DNA from: an uncultured Wenzhouxiangella sp.
Lineage (GTDB): Bacteria; Pseudomonadota; Gammaproteobacteria; Xanthomonadales; Wenzhouxiangellaceae
Direction: 5' to 3'
DNA length: 64,000 nt
NCBI GenBank assembly: GCA_964446675.1
Contig: CAYUPK010000015.1
Location: 14,753-78,752, forward strand
Part shown: positions 41,448-50,582 of the stretch, one piece after another
How positions within the stretch are numbered: position 1 is the stretch's first letter
How the letters are laid out: every line of letters starts with the position of its first letter
Notes under the pieces: generated by a model
Databases searched by the model: none
What the model saw: the letters and a program-made list of their open reading frames with translations, nothing else
What the model was told of the DNA's origin: nothing
Position numbers and translations under genes: made by a program

Positions 41448-42464
41448 CTAAGTCTGCTCGGGTTGTGGCTGCGGCGCGCCGCCCTGGGGTGGTTCGTCGC
41501 CGGCCTCGGGCTGGGTGCCCTTTTCGCGGTCCCAGTCGAGCGCCTTGTCCTTGATCTGGCCGAACTTCCTGGTGACCTTGCTGAGCCGCTCGTCCCATTC
41601 GGGGTTGGGCTGCTGGCCTTCGGTGACCTTGAAATAGACCTGCATCAGGGCGGTCATGCCGATCGGCTCGATGACGGCCTGCTTGATGCCCCAGGCGAAG
41701 ACCACGGCGATGACGAGCGTGAGAATGCCGGCGGTGCCCGGGAACAGGGAGACCAGGCCGGCGACCGGCAGGAGCACGACCAGAAAGACGAGAAAGGTCA
41801 ACGCCCAGATGAACAGCGCCAGCCAGACGGCGTTCTTCAAAAAGGTCTTGTAGTTCTGCGCGTAGAGAATCAGCGCGGTCTGGCTCGAGCGCCAGGGGTT
41901 GTCGGCGCGGGTGCGCATGTTGTGGGCCAGGATGACCTCGTCAAGGTAGGTCAGCGACAGGTTGATGATGGTGTTGACGAACTTCACCAGGCCCTGGATG
42001 CCGGGAATCGGCAGGAAGGCGGTGATGGTGAAAAACGCCCGGTTGAAGGCCCTGAGGACGGCCTTGATGAGCTGGTCGATGCCGAACAGCACGGACGACT
42101 CGGCAAAGCGCTCGCGCACGATGCTCTGGGCGTAGTCGATCTGACCCTTGCCGCCGGGCAGCTCCTTGCCTTCGAGCAGCTCGGCGAGCACGGCGATGTG
42201 GCCGGCCTTGACCAGGTAAAGCAGGTATTCGCGCAGGAAATAAATGATTGCTGCGGTGATGCCGAAGCCGACCAGGCCGCCCCAGACGCTGAACGCGCCG
42301 GGATTGTCGCCGATATGGCCGATGAAGTAGCCGACGCCTGCACCCACGCCGGTGACCAGTACGTAGGCCAACGTGATGCCGAAGTAGATCAGGAAACGAA
42401 ACACGAGAAATGGCAGCGTTTTGGCCATCAGGCTCAGCACTTCGCCGATCTTGAAATCCATCAT
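41448..42464 (-). CDS. Hypothetical polytopic membrane protein
   Basis: 338 aa with several hydrophobic helices and a Pro/Gln/Glu-rich C-terminal tail. No recognised family. Confidence 0.65.
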   Translation of the reverse strand: MMDFKIGEVLSLMAKTLPFLVFRFLIYFGITLAYVLVTGVGAGVGYFIGHIGDNPGAFSVWGGLVGFGITAAIIYFLREYLLYLVKAGHIAVLAELLEGKELPGGKGQIDYAQSIVRERFAESSVLFGIDQLIKAVLRAFNRAFFTITAFLPIPGIQGLVKFVNTIINLSLTYLDEVILAHNMRTRADNPWRSSQTALILYAQNYKTFLKNAVWLALFIWALTFLVFLVVLLPVAGLVSLFPGTAGILTLVIAVVFAWGIKQAVIEPIGMTALMQVYFKVTEGQQPNPEWDERLSKVTRKFGQIKDKALDWDREKGTQPEAGDEPPQGGAPQPQPEQT

Positions 42465-42585
42465 TGCAAAATCCCTCTTTCAGCAGGGTTGGGTCATGCC
42501 TGATAGTACGAAAAAATCGGCCGGATCGTGCCATTCCAGATGCAGGTTGAGACAGGCTTGCGATACCCGGGCCGTTGCCTGCGGC

Positions 42586-43725
42586 TCATGGGCCCAGTAG
42601 CAGCCGGTGCAGGCGCGGAGCGAGCACGTCGGCCTGGAAACGGGCATCGGCGGTGGCGATGTAGACCATGGTGTCAGCGTCGATGAACCAGGAAAAATCA
42701 GTGGCAAAGACCCGGTCGCCGCCGCGGTGGCCGACCACCGTACCAAAGCGGCCGCTGCGAAAATGCAGACCATAGCCGTAACGACCGCCATCAGGGTCGT
42801 CGACCCGCGGCTCGAGCCAGCGCGACTGCCAGGGCTGTGGCAGCCAGGTGCCGGCGCGCAGCGCCCGGTGCCAGTCGACCAGGGCGTCGGGTTGGGCCAG
42901 CAGATCGCCGGCGCCGCGCAGGTTGTAGCCCAGGCCGTCATCCAGTCGCGGCCGATCCAGATAGTGGCCGCGGTCTAATCCATCGTCGCGTCCGTGAACC
43001 AGCAGATCCGCCGGCCAATCCGGGTCAAGCAGGCCGATGCCGTCGACTTGGGCAGGCCTGAACAGCCGCTCATGCAGAAACTGTTCCCACGGCTGGCCGC
43101 TGACGCGCTCGATGACGGCCGCCAGCAGGTTGTAGCAGACATTGCCGTAGTTGAACTGCGGGCCGGGCGATGAGTCGGGCGCAAAATGATTGACCCGCCG
43201 GATCAGCTCGCGCTGATCGATCGGCTCGAAGCGGGGGTCGCCGGGCCAGTTGCGGTTGTGAATCTCGGCCGGCAGGCCGGCGCTGTGGGTCAGGAGCTGG
43301 GCGATGGTCAGCGCGGCCTGATCTTCGTCGAGATCCGGCAGGTAGTGGCCCGCCGGATCGCCGAGCCTGAGCCTTCCGTCGGCGGCCAGCGCCAGCACGG
43401 CGCTGGCGGTAAACGGTTTGGTCAGCGAGGCCAGCGGCATGACGGCCTCGGCGGTGACGGGTCGTGGGTCGTCGATGCCCATTGTGCCGTAGCCGCCCAT
43501 CAGCAGCACTTTGCCGGCGTGGACAACGGCGACCTGGCCGACAAAGCCCTGCTGCTCGAGCGCGGTCAGCTCGGCTTCGAGCCGGGCGGTGCCGGGTGCA
43601 AGCCTTTCGACCGGCGGCGTGCCGGCGCAGGCTGACGCCAGCAGCGCCAGCAAGGCGAGCACAGCCATGCAAGCGCGCCGCCAGGCCGGGCACAATCGCT
43701 GGACCGGCGCCCTGGCGGCGGCCAT
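42586..43725 (-). CDS. Beta-lactamase-related serine hydrolase
   Basis: The SxxK motif is in PLASLTKPFTA, and the sequence is class C/PBP4*-like. The start may be M20 (43668), which gives the lipobox LLASAC. Confidence 0.8.
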   Translation of the reverse strand: MAAARAPVQRLCPAWRRACMAVLALLALLASACAGTPPVERLAPGTARLEAELTALEQQGFVGQVAVVHAGKVLLMGGYGTMGIDDPRPVTAEAVMPLASLTKPFTASAVLALAADGRLRLGDPAGHYLPDLDEDQAALTIAQLLTHSAGLPAEIHNRNWPGDPRFEPIDQRELIRRVNHFAPDSSPGPQFNYGNVCYNLLAAVIERVSGQPWEQFLHERLFRPAQVDGIGLLDPDWPADLLVHGRDDGLDRGHYLDRPRLDDGLGYNLRGAGDLLAQPDALVDWHRALRAGTWLPQPWQSRWLEPRVDDPDGGRYGYGLHFRSGRFGTVVGHRGGDRVFATDFSWFIDADTMVYIATADARFQADVLAPRLHRLLLGP

Positions 43726-43728
43726 GAA

Positions 43729-44442
43729 CTACAGGTTGCGCAGGTCGACGAAGTCGCCTGAGTCGCGGTTGTCCTTCAGATCTTCAAGCAGGCCGAGGAT
43801 ATGTTCGGCCGCCTGGCGGGGCCCCGGCATGTTGTCGGTGCCGCGCGCGTCCTTGAGTCGTTGTACCGAAGGGAACTCCTCGCTGTCGACCTCGCCGCAG
43901 AGATATTCCTGCATGTCGGTGTCGACCAGGCCCGGTGCCAGACTGATCAGGTGGGTGTCGGGCATTTCGGCCGCGTAGAGCTTGATCAGGTTGTTGAGCG
44001 CGGCCTTGGACATCGAATAGCCGCCCCAGCCGTAGTTCATGTTGACTGCGGCTCCTGAGGAGATGGCCACGACCTGGTCGATCGGGATCTGGCGCTCGAT
44101 GAACCAGTCGAGGATCATCTTGTTGGCCCACACGTTGACGCGCATCATGTGTTCGAGATCGTGCACGCTGGTCAGCGAGATCTCCTGGATGCGGCCGAGC
44201 ATGCCGGCGTTGAGCACGACAAGATCCAGCCTGAGGCAGTCGGAAAGCAAGCGATCCAGGCCTTCTTCGAGGTGGTTGAGGTTGCCGATGTCCTGCTGGC
44301 GGTCGCGGATGCCGTCGTCCTGATGCTCGGCCAGCGGGCAGCCCCGGCGGCTCATGCCCCAGACGATGGCGTCGCGCTCGAGCAGCGCTTCAGTCAGCCC
44401 CAGGCCGAGGCCGCCGCTGTTGCCCGTAATGAACACGTTCAT
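43729..44442 (-). CDS. SDR-family oxidoreductase
   Basis: ITGNSGGLGLG (TGxxxGxG), NAG and YSMSKAAL (YxxxK). Confidence 0.88.
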   Translation of the reverse strand: MNVFITGNSGGLGLGLTEALLERDAIVWGMSRRGCPLAEHQDDGIRDRQQDIGNLNHLEEGLDRLLSDCLRLDLVVLNAGMLGRIQEISLTSVHDLEHMMRVNVWANKMILDWFIERQIPIDQVVAISSGAAVNMNYGWGGYSMSKAALNNLIKLYAAEMPDTHLISLAPGLVDTDMQEYLCGEVDSEEFPSVQRLKDARGTDNMPGPRQAAEHILGLLEDLKDNRDSGDFVDLRNL

Positions 44443-44448
44443 TGTCTT

Positions 44449-46821
44449 TTACTTCCTCCCGATGGTGGTTTCGAACAGGTTCAGGATACGCCAGTATTCG
44501 TCGCGCCAGCTATCCGGGCGGGTGAATCCGTGCCCTTCCATCGGATAGGAGGCCAGTTCCCAGTGGTTCTTCTCCAGCTCGATGAGGCGCTGTGCCAGGC
44601 GCACCGAATCCTGGTAGAAGACGTTGGAGTCGAGCATGCCGTGCGCGATCAGCAGGTGGCCTTCCAGACCTTCGGCGAACTCGATCGGCGAGCTCCGGCG
44701 GTAGGCTTCCGGATCGATTTCCGGCGTGTTGAGGATATTGGAGGTGTAGAAGTGGTTGTAGTGTGCCCAGTCGGTGACCGGCCGCAGCGCCGCGCCGGCC
44801 TGGAACACCTCGGGCGCCTTGAACATCGCCATGAAGGCCATGAAGCCGCCGTAGGAGCCGCCGTAGACGCCGACCCGCCCGGGGTCGGCGGCGTGGTTTT
44901 CCACCAGCCAGTCGACGCCGTCGATCAGATCCTCGAGTTCGGGCGTACCCATTTGCCGGTAAATGGCGGTGCGCCAGTCGCGGCCGTAGCCGGCGCTGGC
45001 GCGATAGTCCATGTCGAGCACATGGTAGCCGCGCTCGGTGAGCAGGTTGTGGAACATCTGCTCGCGAAAGTAGTTGGGGTAGCGCAGCCAGGTGTTCTGC
45101 AAATAGCCGGCGCCGTGAACGAACAGCACCACCGGGTGCTTGTTGCCGCCCCGGGGCGGTTCGGCGCGCGCCGGATAGAACTTGGACCAGATCAGGCGGT
45201 CGACGTGGCTCGACGGCACGCCGACGATCTGCGGCTGCTGCCATTCGATCGCCTTGAACTGCTCGCTGCGGGTGTCGGTCAGCGGCTCGAGATCGCCGGT
45301 GTCGAGGTCGACCAGGGCGGCCTGCGGCGGCACGTAGGATTCGGAGTAGCGCACCAGCACGCGATCATGAGTGTCGCTGTCCGGAAGCGGGGTAAAGGAC
45401 TCGATGCCCGTGTGTGCGCTCACGCGCGTGAGTTCACTGCGGTTCAGGGCCAGGCGGTAGAGACCGTATTCGGTCGGGTGTGAGCGGTTGGTCAGCATCA
45501 GCACGCTGTCGCCGTCGGCGCTGATTACCGGGTCGAAGATCTCGAAGTCGCCGCTGGTGTGCTGCTGCGGCTTGCCCGAGCGCGCGTCGACGGTGTAGAA
45601 GTGGCTATAGCCGGTCTGTTCGGAAAGCAGCCACAGGGTTTCGGAATCAGGCAGCCAGCCGAACTCGTTGAAATACCAGTTGATCCAGGCCGGATCGGTG
45701 AGGCGATGACGGCTGTTCAGGCCGGGTTCGTCGTCGCCGGTGTCGACCACGGCCAGCCAGCGGTCCTTGTTGTCGATGGCGCGAAGCTGCACGGCGGCCA
45801 GTTCGCCATCGGCGTGCCACTCGATGCCACTGACGCTGACCTCGCGCAGCTCGTCTTCGCCGAGCGGGTCGATATCCTGCTCTTTTTTCAGGTCAGTCAG
45901 CGGGTCGGTGCCGATGCCGGGAAGCGCCTTGAAGCTCAGTTCATGCTTCTTGCGGTTTTCCAGATCCAGCAGCCACAGCTTGCTGGGCGCCGGGGCTTCG
46001 CGGCCCACGCGGGTACGCACGTCCTCGACATCGATGTAGCCCGATTCGGTCACATAGTGCGGCATCCGGCCAGTCTTGCCGTCGTTGTGGCCGGCCGGCT
46101 GCACGGCCAGCAGCAGCCAGCGGCCGTTCGGAGAAAGACTGGAGCGGGCCGGCTCCATGCCCTTGCCCATATGCCAGGGCGCGACCGATCGGCTGGGGTC
46201 CTCGCGCGCGGCCTTTTCGGCCGTCAGGCGAGCTTTCTGCTCGTCTTCGCGCCTGTCGCGCAGGCTTTCGAACAGGCGTAGCTGCATCTTCGCCAGGCTG
46301 TCCTCGGGTTCGGCATCGGGTACCTCCTCGAAGCGCAGGTCGGTCACCGGCCAGGCAAGGCGCTCGACCAGATCGTATGTCCACCACTGGCCCGAGCGGC
46401 GGAAGACGATGCGATCGCCTTCGGGACTGAAGCGCGGGTCGGAATCCGCCGAGGTGCTGCGGGTGAGCTGCAGCAGCTCGTCTTGCCCGGGCAGGCGGGC
46501 AAACAGGTTGCCGTCGCGCGCGAACACGATCCGGCCCGTCTGCGGGTGCCGAACCGGATCGGCGCCGTCCATGCCGGCTTGTTCGGCGTAGTCAACGATA
46601 CGATCCTCACCGCTGTCGAGATCGATGCGGTGGATGTCGTACAGCTCGCTGTCTTGTCGTTCCACGCGGTAGTAGACGGCCTCGCCGTCGAGCTGCCACC
46701 AGGCCTGCTCGACGGCTGGGCCGATCCACTGCGGGTCGGCCATGATCTGCTCGAGGTCGGGAGTCTTGGCCAGAGCGCTGCCGGCCAGCAGCGCGCAGGC
46801 TGCAAGGAAAAGTCGCTTCAT
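44449..46821 (-). CDS. S9-family serine peptidase (DPP IV / prolyl oligopeptidase-like)
   Basis: Signal peptide MKRLFLAACALLAGSALA, an N-terminal beta-propeller-like region, GGSYGGF (GxSxG) and a C-terminal D/H region. I chose the ATG at 46821. Confidence 0.88.
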   Translation of the reverse strand: MKRLFLAACALLAGSALAKTPDLEQIMADPQWIGPAVEQAWWQLDGEAVYYRVERQDSELYDIHRIDLDSGEDRIVDYAEQAGMDGADPVRHPQTGRIVFARDGNLFARLPGQDELLQLTRSTSADSDPRFSPEGDRIVFRRSGQWWTYDLVERLAWPVTDLRFEEVPDAEPEDSLAKMQLRLFESLRDRREDEQKARLTAEKAAREDPSRSVAPWHMGKGMEPARSSLSPNGRWLLLAVQPAGHNDGKTGRMPHYVTESGYIDVEDVRTRVGREAPAPSKLWLLDLENRKKHELSFKALPGIGTDPLTDLKKEQDIDPLGEDELREVSVSGIEWHADGELAAVQLRAIDNKDRWLAVVDTGDDEPGLNSRHRLTDPAWINWYFNEFGWLPDSETLWLLSEQTGYSHFYTVDARSGKPQQHTSGDFEIFDPVISADGDSVLMLTNRSHPTEYGLYRLALNRSELTRVSAHTGIESFTPLPDSDTHDRVLVRYSESYVPPQAALVDLDTGDLEPLTDTRSEQFKAIEWQQPQIVGVPSSHVDRLIWSKFYPARAEPPRGGNKHPVVLFVHGAGYLQNTWLRYPNYFREQMFHNLLTERGYHVLDMDYRASAGYGRDWRTAIYRQMGTPELEDLIDGVDWLVENHAADPGRVGVYGGSYGGFMAFMAMFKAPEVFQAGAALRPVTDWAHYNHFYTSNILNTPEIDPEAYRRSSPIEFAEGLEGHLLIAHGMLDSNVFYQDSVRLAQRLIELEKNHWELASYPMEGHGFTRPDSWRDEYWRILNLFETTIGRK

Positions 46822-46994
46822 CGGTTCCTGATGGTGTCTTGAGTTCCGGCCCCGAATTCTACACGCGATGGCCGCGCTGGCCGCATTCGGCGACTGGCAA
46901 TTGACCCGGCGTGTGCGCTTGCGCGCGGGGAGCAGCGGGTTACAATCCGGCGACCACTTCCAATGACAAATCAATTTTTCGGGGAGAATAAGGG

Positions 46995-47591
46995 ATGCCG
47001 GAGGCGGCCGGAATTTTTCAACCGGTACTGGATCTTGTTGCCGCATATCCTTATCTGATGCTTTTCGTCGGCTTGCTGCTGGTCGGCGAAGCTGTATTGT
47101 TGCCCGCGCTTTATCTGGCCACCACCGGCCGGCTCGACCCTTTCTCCGTTATTGTCGTGGCAGTGACCGCCACAATGCTCTCTGATCTGGCCTGGTTTCT
47201 GCTCGGTCGCTGGTGGCCTGCCGGCGCCGTGGAAAGGATGCGGCGGAGGCATTCGGGTCATGTGGTCGATCGGCTGCAGAAGCTGTTCACACGCAACAGC
47301 TCGCGCCTGCTGTTCCTGTCGAAGTTCGTCTACGGCACGCGCATTGCCGCGCAGATTCTCGCCGGAGCGCTGGACATGCGCTTTCGAAGCTGGGCCGTGG
47401 TCAACTTCACCGCAGTGGTCACGATCACTCTGGTCATGGCCGCTCTGGCCTGGGGCGTGGTCGGCACAACGCAGCGCATGGAAGAGCTGGTCCGGCATAT
47501 CGAGGTCGCCTTTCTGCTGTTTCTGTTGCTGGCGATGGCCGCCTATCTGGTCGTGGGGATGACAATGAGGAAGCGATGGTTTCGATCATAA
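46995..47591 (+). CDS. DedA/VTT-domain membrane protein
   Basis: 198 aa. LMLFVGLLLVGEAVLLPALYL ... SDLAWFLLGRW ... LSKFVYGTR. Confidence 0.7.
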   Translation: MPEAAGIFQPVLDLVAAYPYLMLFVGLLLVGEAVLLPALYLATTGRLDPFSVIVVAVTATMLSDLAWFLLGRWWPAGAVERMRRRHSGHVVDRLQKLFTRNSSRLLFLSKFVYGTRIAAQILAGALDMRFRSWAVVNFTAVVTITLVMAALAWGVVGTTQRMEELVRHIEVAFLLFLLLAMAAYLVVGMTMRKRWFRS

Positions 47592-48271
47592 TTGCCGCGT
47601 ACAACGAGGCAGCGACCGTGGGCCAGGTGGTGTCGGAGGCGATCGGGCACCCGCAAGCCAGTGAGTTGATCGTGGTCGATGACGGTTCTACCGATGACAC
47701 GGCCCGGCGCGCGGCCGACGCTGGTGCCCGGGTTGTGAGGCTGGACGAAAACGGCGGCAAGGCGGCCGCGCTGGAGGCTGGAGTAGCCGAGGCCGGCAGC
47801 GAGGTCTTGCTGTTTCTCGATGCCGACATCACCGGTTTGACTCATGAGGCAATTTCCACAATCATCCGGCCCGTTATCGACGGCGACGTGGACATGCACG
47901 TCGGCTTGCGAGCCCGCAAGACACTGTGGCTCAACCGGCTGTTGTGGATATTTCCCATTATCGGCGGCGAGCGGGCGCTGACGCGCAACATCTGGGAGCT
48001 GGTGCCCGAGCAGCAAAAGCGCGGCTACCGCATCGAGGTGGCGCTCAACCACACGGCCAAGCGATTCGGGCGGGGCATGAGTTTCGCCCTGGTCACCGGC
48101 ATTACCCATCGCACAAAGGAGAGCAAGTTCGGCTGGTGGCGCGGATTTATCCGCCGTATGCACATGATCGGGCAGGTGGTCGCGGTGACCTGGACCCTCT
48201 ACATCATGGGCGGCCTTCGTGATACGCTTGCGCGCCCTGGATCGGAGCAATTCGACGACCGGGGCGGCTGA
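47576..48271 (+). CDS. Glycosyltransferase family 2
   Basis: MVSIIIAAYNEAATV...LIVVDDGSTDDT...FLDAD (DxD). Its start overlaps the DedA 3' end by 16 nt. Confidence 0.85.
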   Translation: MVSIIIAAYNEAATVGQVVSEAIGHPQASELIVVDDGSTDDTARRAADAGARVVRLDENGGKAAALEAGVAEAGSEVLLFLDADITGLTHEAISTIIRPVIDGDVDMHVGLRARKTLWLNRLLWIFPIIGGERALTRNIWELVPEQQKRGYRIEVALNHTAKRFGRGMSFALVTGITHRTKESKFGWWRGFIRRMHMIGQVVAVTWTLYIMGGLRDTLARPGSEQFDDRGG

Positions 48272-48300
48272 CCTCGTCATATATTTTTTCAGGATTAGCC

Positions 48301-48329
48301 TTGCAAAGAACAGGAGCCGGTCCTATAAT
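48301..48329 (+). promoter_or_regulatory. Sigma70 promoter of the metY-rimP-nusA-infB operon
   Basis: TTGCAA (48301-48306), a 17-nt spacer, then a perfect TATAAT (48324-48329), ending 12 nt before the tRNA 5' end. Confidence 0.75.
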
Positions 48330-48341
48330 TGGGAATTCGAT

Positions 48342-48418
48342 TGCGGGGTGGAGCAGTCTGGCAGCTCGTCGGGCTCATAACCCGAAGGTCGCAGGTTCGA
48401 ATCCTGCCCCCGCTACCA
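48342..48418 (+). tRNA. metY: Initiator tRNA-fMet (CAT)
   Basis: 77 nt, nearly identical in layout to E. coli tRNA-fMet. The anticodon arm TCGGGCTCATAACCCGA has the three G:C pairs, the T arm is GCAGGTTCGAATCCTGC, and CCA is encoded. It sits upstream of rimP-nusA-infB as in E. coli. Confidence 0.93.
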
Positions 48419-48436
48419 GGTTTTTGAACAAGGAAG

Positions 48437-48463
48437 AAAGCCCCTGGTCATAGGGGCTTTTTT
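48437..48463 (+). terminator. Rho-independent terminator/attenuator after metY
   Basis: AAAGCCCCT-GGTCAT-AGGGGCTTT is a 9-bp stem followed by TTT. Confidence 0.8.
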
Positions 48464-48488
48464 CGTTGATGGCCGGAGTGAATCTGTC

Positions 48489-48995
48489 GTGGCAGTGAGC
48501 GACAAGCTGGAATCGTTGCTGGCGCCGCTGGTTGTCGACCTGGGCTATGAATTCGTCGGCATCGAGTATCAGTCCAACCCGAAGAACCGGCTTATTCGGC
48601 TCTACATCGACTCGCCGCAGGGTCTTTCGGATGGCGGGTCGAACGCCGGTATCGGCATCGACGACTGCGAGCGCGTCAGCCGTGAAGTATCAGCCCTGCT
48701 GGATGTCGAGGATCCGATCAGTAGTCAGTACACGCTGGAGGTTTCTTCTCCCGGTATCGAGCGGCCGCTGTTCACCGGGAGCCAGTTTGCCCGTTTCATC
48801 GGCGAGGTGGCCCGGGTGGTGCTGGTCGCTCCCGTCGAAGGACGGCGCAGGTTCAAGGGCGAGATCATCGGCGCCGACGACGAACAGGTGACGCTCGAAG
48901 TCGACGGCCAGCGACATGATCTGGACGTAGCTGACATTCAGCGCGCCAATCTGGCTCCCGACGTGGATGCCCTGCTGGCGGAGAAACGACATTAG
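48489..48995 (+). CDS. rimP: Ribosome maturation factor RimP
   Basis: 168 aa with a GTG start. LLAPLVVDLGYEFVGIEY...LEVSSPGIERPLF. Confidence 0.9.
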   Translation: MAVSDKLESLLAPLVVDLGYEFVGIEYQSNPKNRLIRLYIDSPQGLSDGGSNAGIGIDDCERVSREVSALLDVEDPISSQYTLEVSSPGIERPLFTGSQFARFIGEVARVVLVAPVEGRRRFKGEIIGADDEQVTLEVDGQRHDLDVADIQRANLAPDVDALLAEKRH

Positions 48996-49031
48996 GAACC
49001 GACTCGTAACCAGCTTTTACGGAACTTGGCA

Positions 49032-50561
49032 ATGATGAATAAAGGCAAGGAAATCCTGCAGGTGGTCGAGGCCGTCTCGAACGAGAAGGGCCTGACGCGC
49101 GAGACGATTTTCGAGGCGATTGAAGCCGCGCTGGCATCGGCTGCGCGTCGCCGCAACCCCGAGGATATCGACGTGCGCGTTGCCATCGATCGCAGCTCTG
49201 GCGACTACGAAGCCTTCCGCCGCTGGGAAGTGATTCCCGACGAAGGCGAGACGGTCGGGGAAGACGAAGAAGAAGTCGAACTCGAATCCGAAGACCGCCA
49301 GATTCGCCTGAGCGACGCGCACAAGCACGATGCCGACCTGGCAGTCGGTGACTTTATCGAAGAGCCGATGGAGCCGCCCGAGTTCGGCCGCATCGCCGCC
49401 CAGGCCGCCAAGCAGGTTATTGTTCAGCGCGTGCGTCAGGCCGAGCGTGCCCAAGTGGTCGAGGCCTATGAAGATCGTGTCGGCGACCTGATCAGCGGGC
49501 AGATCAAGCGCATGGAGAAAGGCGGCATCATGCTCGACCTGGGCGAAAACGCCGAAGCCTTCATTCCCTCGCGTCACACGATTCCGGGTGAGACTGCCCG
49601 CATCAACGACCGCGTTCGCGGTTTTCTCTACGAAGTCCGGCCCGAAGTACGCGGGCCGCAGTTGTTCGTCAGCCGGACGATGAACGAGTTTCTCATCGAG
49701 CTGTTCAAGCTCGAGGTGCCCGAGATCGGCCAGGAACTGCTCGAACTCAAGGGCGCGGCCCGCGATCCGGGCCGGCGTGCCAAGATCGCTGTTCACGCTC
49801 TGGATGACCGCACCGATCCGATCGGCGCCTGTGTTGGCATGCGCGGCTCGCGCGTGCAGGCCGTTTCCAACGAACTGGCCGGCGAGCGCATCGACATCAT
49901 TCTGTGGGACGAGAACCCGGCGCAGTTCGTGATCAACGCGATGGCGCCGGCCGAAGTGCATTCGATCGTGGTCCACGAGGATACCCAGAGCATGGATATC
50001 GCCGTCGAAGAGGAGAATCTCTCGCAGGCGATCGGCCGCGGCGGCCAGAACGTGCGCCTGGCCTCCGAGCTGACCGGCTGGAGCCTCAACGTGATGACCG
50101 TAGAGGAAGCCGAGCAGAAGAGCGAAACCGAGGCGCGTACCATCCTCGAGATGTTCAAGACCCGGCTCGACGTCGACGAGGAGCTGGCCAGCATCCTGGT
50201 TCAGGAAGGCTTCACCAACGTCGAGGAAGTGGCCTACGTGCCTGAAAGCGAGTTGCTCGATATCGAGGAGTTTGACGAAAACGTTGTCAACGAACTGCGT
50301 CAGCGCGCCCGCGATGCTCTGCTGACGCAGATGATCGCTTCCGAGGAAAAACTCGAGGAGCACAAGCCGGAGCAGGATCTTCTGGATCTGGAAGGCATGA
50401 CCGATACGATTGCCTACCGCCTGGCCGACATGGGCATCCGCACGCGCGACGATCTGGCCGAATGCGCCGTCGACGAGCTTGAAGAGATCGAGGATCTCGA
50501 TCCCGAGCTGGCCGCCGAGCTGATCATGAAGGCACGCGCGCACTGGTTTGCCGAGGAATAA
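49032..50561 (+). CDS. nusA: Transcription termination/antitermination factor NusA
   Basis: MMNKGKEILQVVEAVSNEKGL..., with S1, KH and C-terminal acidic repeat domains. The ORF is open from TTG at 49026, and ATGs lie at 49032 and 49035. Confidence 0.96.
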   Translation: MMNKGKEILQVVEAVSNEKGLTRETIFEAIEAALASAARRRNPEDIDVRVAIDRSSGDYEAFRRWEVIPDEGETVGEDEEEVELESEDRQIRLSDAHKHDADLAVGDFIEEPMEPPEFGRIAAQAAKQVIVQRVRQAERAQVVEAYEDRVGDLISGQIKRMEKGGIMLDLGENAEAFIPSRHTIPGETARINDRVRGFLYEVRPEVRGPQLFVSRTMNEFLIELFKLEVPEIGQELLELKGAARDPGRRAKIAVHALDDRTDPIGACVGMRGSRVQAVSNELAGERIDIILWDENPAQFVINAMAPAEVHSIVVHEDTQSMDIAVEEENLSQAIGRGGQNVRLASELTGWSLNVMTVEEAEQKSETEARTILEMFKTRLDVDEELASILVQEGFTNVEEVAYVPESELLDIEEFDENVVNELRQRARDALLTQMIASEEKLEEHKPEQDLLDLEGMTDTIAYRLADMGIRTRDDLAECAVDELEEIEDLDPELAAELIMKARAHWFAEE

Positions 50562-50582
50562 AACGAGATTCGAGGAATAGAA

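Noticed and set aside
47943-47951. DnaA-box-like TGTGGATAT.
   Set aside because: It is a single one-mismatch 9-mer inside a glycosyltransferase coding region, with no cluster or AT-rich unwinding element.
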